From NCBI RefSeq assembly GCF_009914755.1, contig NC_060948.1: a DNA stretch of 64,000 bases; one strand, given 5' to 3'. Below are positions 58,301 through 64,000 of this stretch, piece after piece. The DNA comes from the human T2T-CHM13v2.0 reference genome, Homo sapiens. Position 1 is the first letter of the stretch; every line of letters starts with the position of its first letter. Below the pieces are notes generated by a model, which had not been told where the DNA came from, did no database searches, and was given only the letters and a program-made list of their open reading frames with translations. The translations under genes and the position numbers were made by a program.

Positions 58301-61164
58301 TAGAATGGAATCGAATGGCATGGAATATAAAGAAATGGAATCGAAGAGAATGGAAACAAATGGAATGGAATTGAATGGAATGGAATTGAATGGAATGGGA
58401 ACGAATGGAGTGAAATTGTATGCAGTAGAAGGGAATAGAATGGAATGCAAGCGAAAGGAAAGGAATGGATTGGAATGGAATGGAATTCATTGGAATGGAA
58501 GGGAATGTAGTGTAATGGACAGGCCTGGAATAAAGTGGAATGCTACGGTCTCGAATGGAATAAAAATGTATGGAATGGAATGCAATGAAACGGAATCGAA
58601 TGTCATAGAATGTAATGGAATGCAAAAAAACGGAATCCAAAATCATTGACTGGAAAGGCTGGGTGTTGAAAGGAATTGACTCCAATGGAATGGAATCGAA
58701 TGGAATGGAAGTGAATAGAATCGAACTAAATCGAATGAAATGGAATTGATAGGAACGGAATGGAAAGGAATGCAATGATTTGGCATGGAATGGAATCGAA
58801 TGGCATCGAATGGAATGGAATGGAATGCAATGGAATGGAATGTATTAGAATGTAATGAACTTTAATGGAATGTACTCGAATGTATTCGACTGGAATGGAA
58901 TGTTCTGGAAGTGAATGGACTCCAATGGAATGGATTCAAAAGGAATGGAATCGTACGGAATGGAATCTAATGGAATGGAATTAAATGGAAATGAATCAAA
59001 TTGAATAGCACGGAATTGAATTGAATGGAATGGAATGCAATGGAATCTAATGAAACGGAAAGGAAAGGAATGGAATGGAATGGAATGGGCTGGAATGGAA
59101 AGGAATCGAAACGAATGGAATGGAATCGAACTGAAGAGACTGGAATGGAATGCACTGGAATGGAAGGGAGTGTAATGGAAGGTTCTCGAAAAAAATGGAA
59201 TCGAATGGAATGGAATTGAATGGAACGGAATAGAGTCGAATGGAATTGAATGGAATGGAATGGACTAGAGTGAAATGGAATCGAACCACAAGGAATGGAC
59301 AGGAATAGAATGGTCTCGAATTGAATGGAATCGTATGGAATGGCATCAAACGGAATGGAATGGACAGCCACGGAATGGAATGCACTCGAATGCAATGGAG
59401 TCGAAACTAACGGACTGGAATAGAATGGACTCGACTGGTACGGACTCCAATGGAATGGAATCGAATGGAAGGGAATCGAACGGAAGGGAATCGAACGGAA
59501 TGGACTCGAAGGGAAAAGACTGCAATGGAAAGGTCTCGAATGGAATGGAAATTAATGGAATGGAATGGAATCGAATGAAATGGAGTCAAAAGGAATGGAA
59601 TCGAATGGCAAGAAATCGAATGTAATGGAATCGCAAGGAATTGATGTGAACGGAACGGAATGGAATGGAATCCAAAGTAATGGAATAGAATGGAATGGAA
59701 TCGAATGGAAAGGACTCAAATGGAAATCACTCGAATAGAATGCAATTTAATAAAATAGGATCAAATGTAATGGAATGGAATGGAAAGGAATCGAAACGAA
59801 AGGAATGGAGACAGATGGAATGGAATGGAACAGAGAGCAATGGTATAGAATGGAATGGAATCATCTAGAATGGAATTGAATGGAATGGAATAATATGAAA
59901 TGGAATGGAATGGAATGGAATGGAATGGAATGCCCTTGAATTAAATGGACTGGAAACGAATGGACTCGAAGAGAGTGGAATGGAAAGTGTTGAGATAGAA
60001 TGGAATGGACTCCTTTGGAATGGTGTAGTATGCAATTCAATCGACTGGCAGGGAATCAAAAGGAATGTAATCGAATGGATTGTACTGGAATGCGATGGAC
60101 TCGAATAGATTGGAAACGGAATGCAAAGGAATGGAATGGAATAGTATGGAATGGAATGGAAAGGAATGGAGTGGAATAGACTAGAGTGGAATGGAATGGA
60201 CTGGAACGCAATGGACTGGAATGGAACTTTCTTGAATGGACTGGAATCAAACGGAATGGAATGCAATGCAATCAAATGGCATGGAATAACATAGAATGAA
60301 AGAGAATCAAATGGAATTGAATCGAATGGAATCGAATGGATTGGAAAGGAATAGAATGGAATGGAATGGAATTGACTCAAATGGAGTGGACTAGAATGGA
60401 ATGGATTCGAATGGAAGGCAAAGGAATGGAATCTATTGGAATGGACTGTAATGGAATGGAATGGAAGGGATTGCAATGGACTCGAATGGAATGGACTGCA
60501 ATAGAAAGGATTCGAATGGAATGAAAAAGAATTGAATGGAATAGAACAGAATGGAATCAAATCGAATGAAATGGAATGGAATAGAAAGGAATGGAATGAA
60601 ATGGAATGGAAAGGATTCGAATGGAATGCAATCGAATGGAATGGAATCGAACGGAATGGAATAAAATGGAAGAAAACTGGCAAGAAATGGAATCGAAAGG
60701 AATGGAGTGTTATGGAACGGACTCAAAAGGAATTGAATGTAATAGAATGGAGTGGAGTGGACTCGAATATAATGGACTGGAATGGAATGAAATCACATGG
60801 AATGGGAACGAATGGAATGGAATGGAAAGGAATGGAATCGAATGGAAAGGAATCGAATGGAAGGGAATGAAATTGAATCAACAGGAATGGAAGGGAATAG
60901 AATAGACGGTAATGGAATGGACTCGAATAGAATGGACACGAATGCTCAAATTGAATGGACTCGAATGGAATGGAAACGAAAGGAATGTCATCGAATGGAA
61001 TTGAATCGATTGGAATGAAATCGCATAGAATGGAGTGGAATCAAATGGAATTGAATCGAAAGGAAAGGAAGCAAATGGACTGAAATGAAATGGAATGGAA
61101 TTGAATGGAAAGTAATGCAATGGAATAGAATGGAACGAAATTTCACGGAATGGAATCAAACTGA
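43316..61164 (+). repeat. Variant sub-array (clade) of five DYZ1 units marked by an XbaI site
   Basis: TCTAGA at 45583, 49157, 52726, 56305 and 59864, plus shared 'ctcaaatggaaatcac', 'cgaagagagt' and 'gcgatgg' variants. Confidence 0.85.
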
Positions 61165-63568
61165 ATGGAATCAAATCAATGGAATCAAATCAAATGGAAT
61201 GGAAAGGAATTGAATGGAGTAGATTGGATTGGATGGGATTGGAATGAAATGTACTGGAAAGGACTCGAATTTCATGAAACGGAATGGAATGAATTGGAAC
61301 GGAATGGACTCGAATGGATTCGACTGGAATGGAATGTTCTGGAAGTGAATGGACTCCAATGGAATGGATTCAAAAGGAATGGAATCGTACGGAATGGAAT
61401 CTAATGGAATGGAATTAAATGGAAATGAATCAAATTGAATAGCACGGAATTGAATTGAATGGAATGGAATGCAATGGAATCTAATGAAACGGAAAGGAAA
61501 GGAATGGAATGGAATGGAATGGGCTGGAATGGAAAGGAATCGAAACGAATGGAATGGAATCGAACTGAAGAGACTGGAATGGAATGCACTGGAATGGAAG
61601 GGAGTGTAATGGAAGGTTCTCGAAAAAAATGGAATCGAATGGAATGGAATTGAATGGAACGGAATAGAGTCGAATGGAATTGAATGGAATGGAATGGACT
61701 AGAGTGAAATGGAATCGAACCACAAGGAATGGACAGGAATAGAATGGTCTCGAATTGAATGGAATCGTATGGAATGGCATCAAACGGAATGGAATGGACA
61801 GCCACAGAATGGAATGCACTCGAATGCAATGGAGTCGAAACTAATGGACTGGAATAGAATGGACTCGACTGGTACGGACTCCAATGGAATGGAATCGAAT
61901 GGAAGGGAATCGAACGGAATGGACTCGAAGGGAAAAGACTGCAATGGAAAGGTCTCGAATGGAATGGAAATAAATGGAATGGAATGGAATCGAATGCAAT
62001 GGAGTCAAAAGGAATGGAATCGAATGGCAAGAAATCGAATGTAATGGAATCGCAAGGAATTGATGTGAACGGAACGGAATGGAATGGAATCCAAAGGAAT
62101 GGAATAGAATGGAATGGAATCGAATGGAAAGGACTCGAATGGAAATCACTCGAATAGAATGCAATTTAATAAAATAGGATCAAATGTAATGGAATGGAAT
62201 GGAAAGGAATCGAAACGAAAGGAATGGAGACAGATGGAATGGAATGGAACAGAGAGCAATGGTATAGAATGGAATGGAATCATCTGGAATGGAATTGAAT
62301 GGAATGGAATAATATGAAATGGAATGGAATGGAATGGAATGGAATGCCCTTGAATTAAATGGACTGGACTCGAACAGAGTGGAATGGAAAGTGTTGAGAT
62401 AGAATGGAATGGACTCCTTTGGAATGGTCTAGTATGCAATGCAATCGACTGGCAGGGAATCAAAAGGAATGTAATGGAATGGATTAGACTGGAATGCAAT
62501 GGACTCGAATAGATTGGAAACGGAATGCAAAGGAATGGAATGGAATAGTATGGAATGCAATGGAAGGGAATGGAGTGGAATAGACTAGAGTGGAATGGAA
62601 TGGACTGGAAAGCAATGGACTGGAATGGAAATTTCTTGGATGGACTGTAATCAAACGGAATGGAATGCAATGCAATCAAATGGCATGGAATAAAATAGAA
62701 TGAAAGAGAATCAAATGGAATTGAATCGAATGTAATCGAATGGATTGGAAAGGAATAGAATGGAATGGAATGGAATTGACTCAAATGGAATGGACTAGAA
62801 TGGAATGGATTCGAATGGAAGGCAAAGGAATGGAATCTATTGGAATGGACTGTAATGGAATGGAATGGAAGGGATTGGAATGGACTCGAATGGAATGGAC
62901 TGCAATAGAAAGGATTCGAATGGAATGAAAAAGAATTGAATGGAATAGAACAGAATGGAATCAAATCGAATGAAATGGAATGGAATAGAAAGGAATGGAA
63001 TGAAATGGAATGGAAAGGATTCGAATGGAATGCAATCGAATGGAATGGAATCGAACGGAATGGAATAAAATGGAAGAAAACTGGCAAGAAATGGAATCGA
63101 AATGAATGGAGTGTTATGGAACGGAATCAAAAGGAATTGAATGTAATAGAATGGAGTGGAGTGGACTCGAATATAATGGACTGGAATGGAATGAAATCAC
63201 ATGGAATGGGAACGAATGGAATGGAATGGAAAGGAATGGAATCGAATGGAAAGGAATCGAATGGAAGGGAATGAAATTGAATCAACAGGAATGGAAGGGA
63301 ATAGAATAGACTGTAATGGAATGGACTCGGATAGAATGGACACGAATGCTCAAATTAAATGGACTCGAATGGAATGGAAACGAAAGGAATGTCATCGAAT
63401 GGAATTGAATCGATTGGAATGAAATCGCATAGAATGGAGTGGAATCAAATGGAATTGAATCGAAAGGAAAGGAAGCGAATGGACTGAAATGAAATGGAAT
63501 GGAATTGAATGGAAAGTAATTCAATGGAATAGAATGGAACGAAATTTCACGGAATGGAATCAAACTGA
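61165..63568 (+). repeat. Internally deleted DYZ1 unit (U18, 2404 bp)
   Basis: The junction at 61308-61318 joins the equivalent of U1 position ~742-752 to ~1892-1902 (1150 bp missing). There is a further 10-bp deletion near 62361-62370; 3564-1150-10=2404. Confidence 0.93.
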
Positions 63569-64000
63569 ATGGAATCAAATCAATGGAATCAAATCAAATG
63601 GAATGGAAAGGAATTGAATGGAGTAGATTGGATTGGATGGGATTGGAATGAAATGTACTGGAAAGGACTCGAATTTCATGAAAAGGAATGGAATGAATTG
63701 GAACGGAATGGACTCGAATGGAATGGAATGTCATGGGATGGCATCAAAGGGAATGGCATCAAATGGAAGGGAATCGAATGCAATGGAATGCTATGGAATG
63801 GAATGGAAAGCATTGGAATGGAATGTCCTCTAATGGAATGGATTCGAGTGGAATGGAATTGAATATAATGGAGTCGAATGAAATGGAATTGAAAGGAATG
63901 GGATCGAATACAATGGAATATACTGGAATGTAACGTAATGAACTCGAATGTAATTGACTGGAATGGAATGTACATGAATGGAATGTAATCGAATGGAAAG

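Larger units (their letters stand above)
1..64000 (+). repeat. DYZ1: Human satellite III array, DYZ1 (Yq12) family; (GGAAT)n-derived with a ~3.56 kb unit; 18 anchor-to-anchor units plus partial ends
   Basis: Continuous GGAAT/CGAAT/GGACT/GGAAA pentamers, with the purine-rich strand on + throughout. Unique landmarks (gaagaaaactggcaag, gacaggcctgg, ggctgggtgtcg, gacagccacgg, gcccttgaatt) recur every ~3.56 kb. Unit lengths: 3564, 3572, 3544, 3549, 3569, 3569, 3554, 3579, 3545, 3564, 3554, 3554, 3573, 3569, 3574, 3564, 3569, 2404. The 3564-bp unit with a single HaeIII site is the established DYZ1 signature. Confidence 0.95.

Noticed and set aside
61165-63568. 2.4 kb unit resembling the DYZ2 unit length
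   Set aside because: The size match is coincidental. The sequence is deleted DYZ1 with no AT-rich or Alu-derived DYZ2 content.
1-64000. CRISPR array, transposon, retroelement or prokaryotic system
   Set aside because: No unique spacers, non-satellite inserts, terminal repeats, Alu/L1 sequence or strand inversion seen anywhere in the window.
1-64000. Assignment to HSat2 or to chromosome 9 or acrocentric HSat3
   Set aside because: It lacks the HSat2 CATTCGATTC/ATGATG pattern, and the 3564-bp period with a single HaeIII site fits DYZ1. A BLAST against the DYZ1 reference would be decisive.

Overview
The whole 64 kb is one uninterrupted, single-orientation tandem array of diverged (GGAAT)n pentamers organised into a ~3.56 kb unit. 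This matches human satellite III DYZ1 (HSat3, Yq12 heterochromatin): 3564-bp unit and one HaeIII site per standard unit. The assignment is from recognition, not a database search. Using the anchor 'atggaatcaa[a/g]tcaatgg', units start at U1 599, U2 4163, U3 7735, U4 11279, U5 14828, U6 18397, U7 21966, U8 25520, U9 29099, U10 32644, U11 36208, U12 39762, U13 43316, U14 46889, U15 50458, U16 54032, U17 57596, U18 61165 and U19 63569. I see no gene, RNA gene, transposon or CRISPR array, and no new protein-coding system. All ORFs are translations of the pentamer (MEWNG / HSIPF periodicity). The notable signal is in the array architecture: three perfect heat-shock elements per unit; an alternating A/B ~7.1 kb dimeric higher-order block (U6-U11); a second variant clade (U13-U17); a duplicated pair (U3/U4); a ~1.15 kb microhomology-flanked deletion in U18 that coincides with a switch of variant clade; and strong conservation of pentamer phase.
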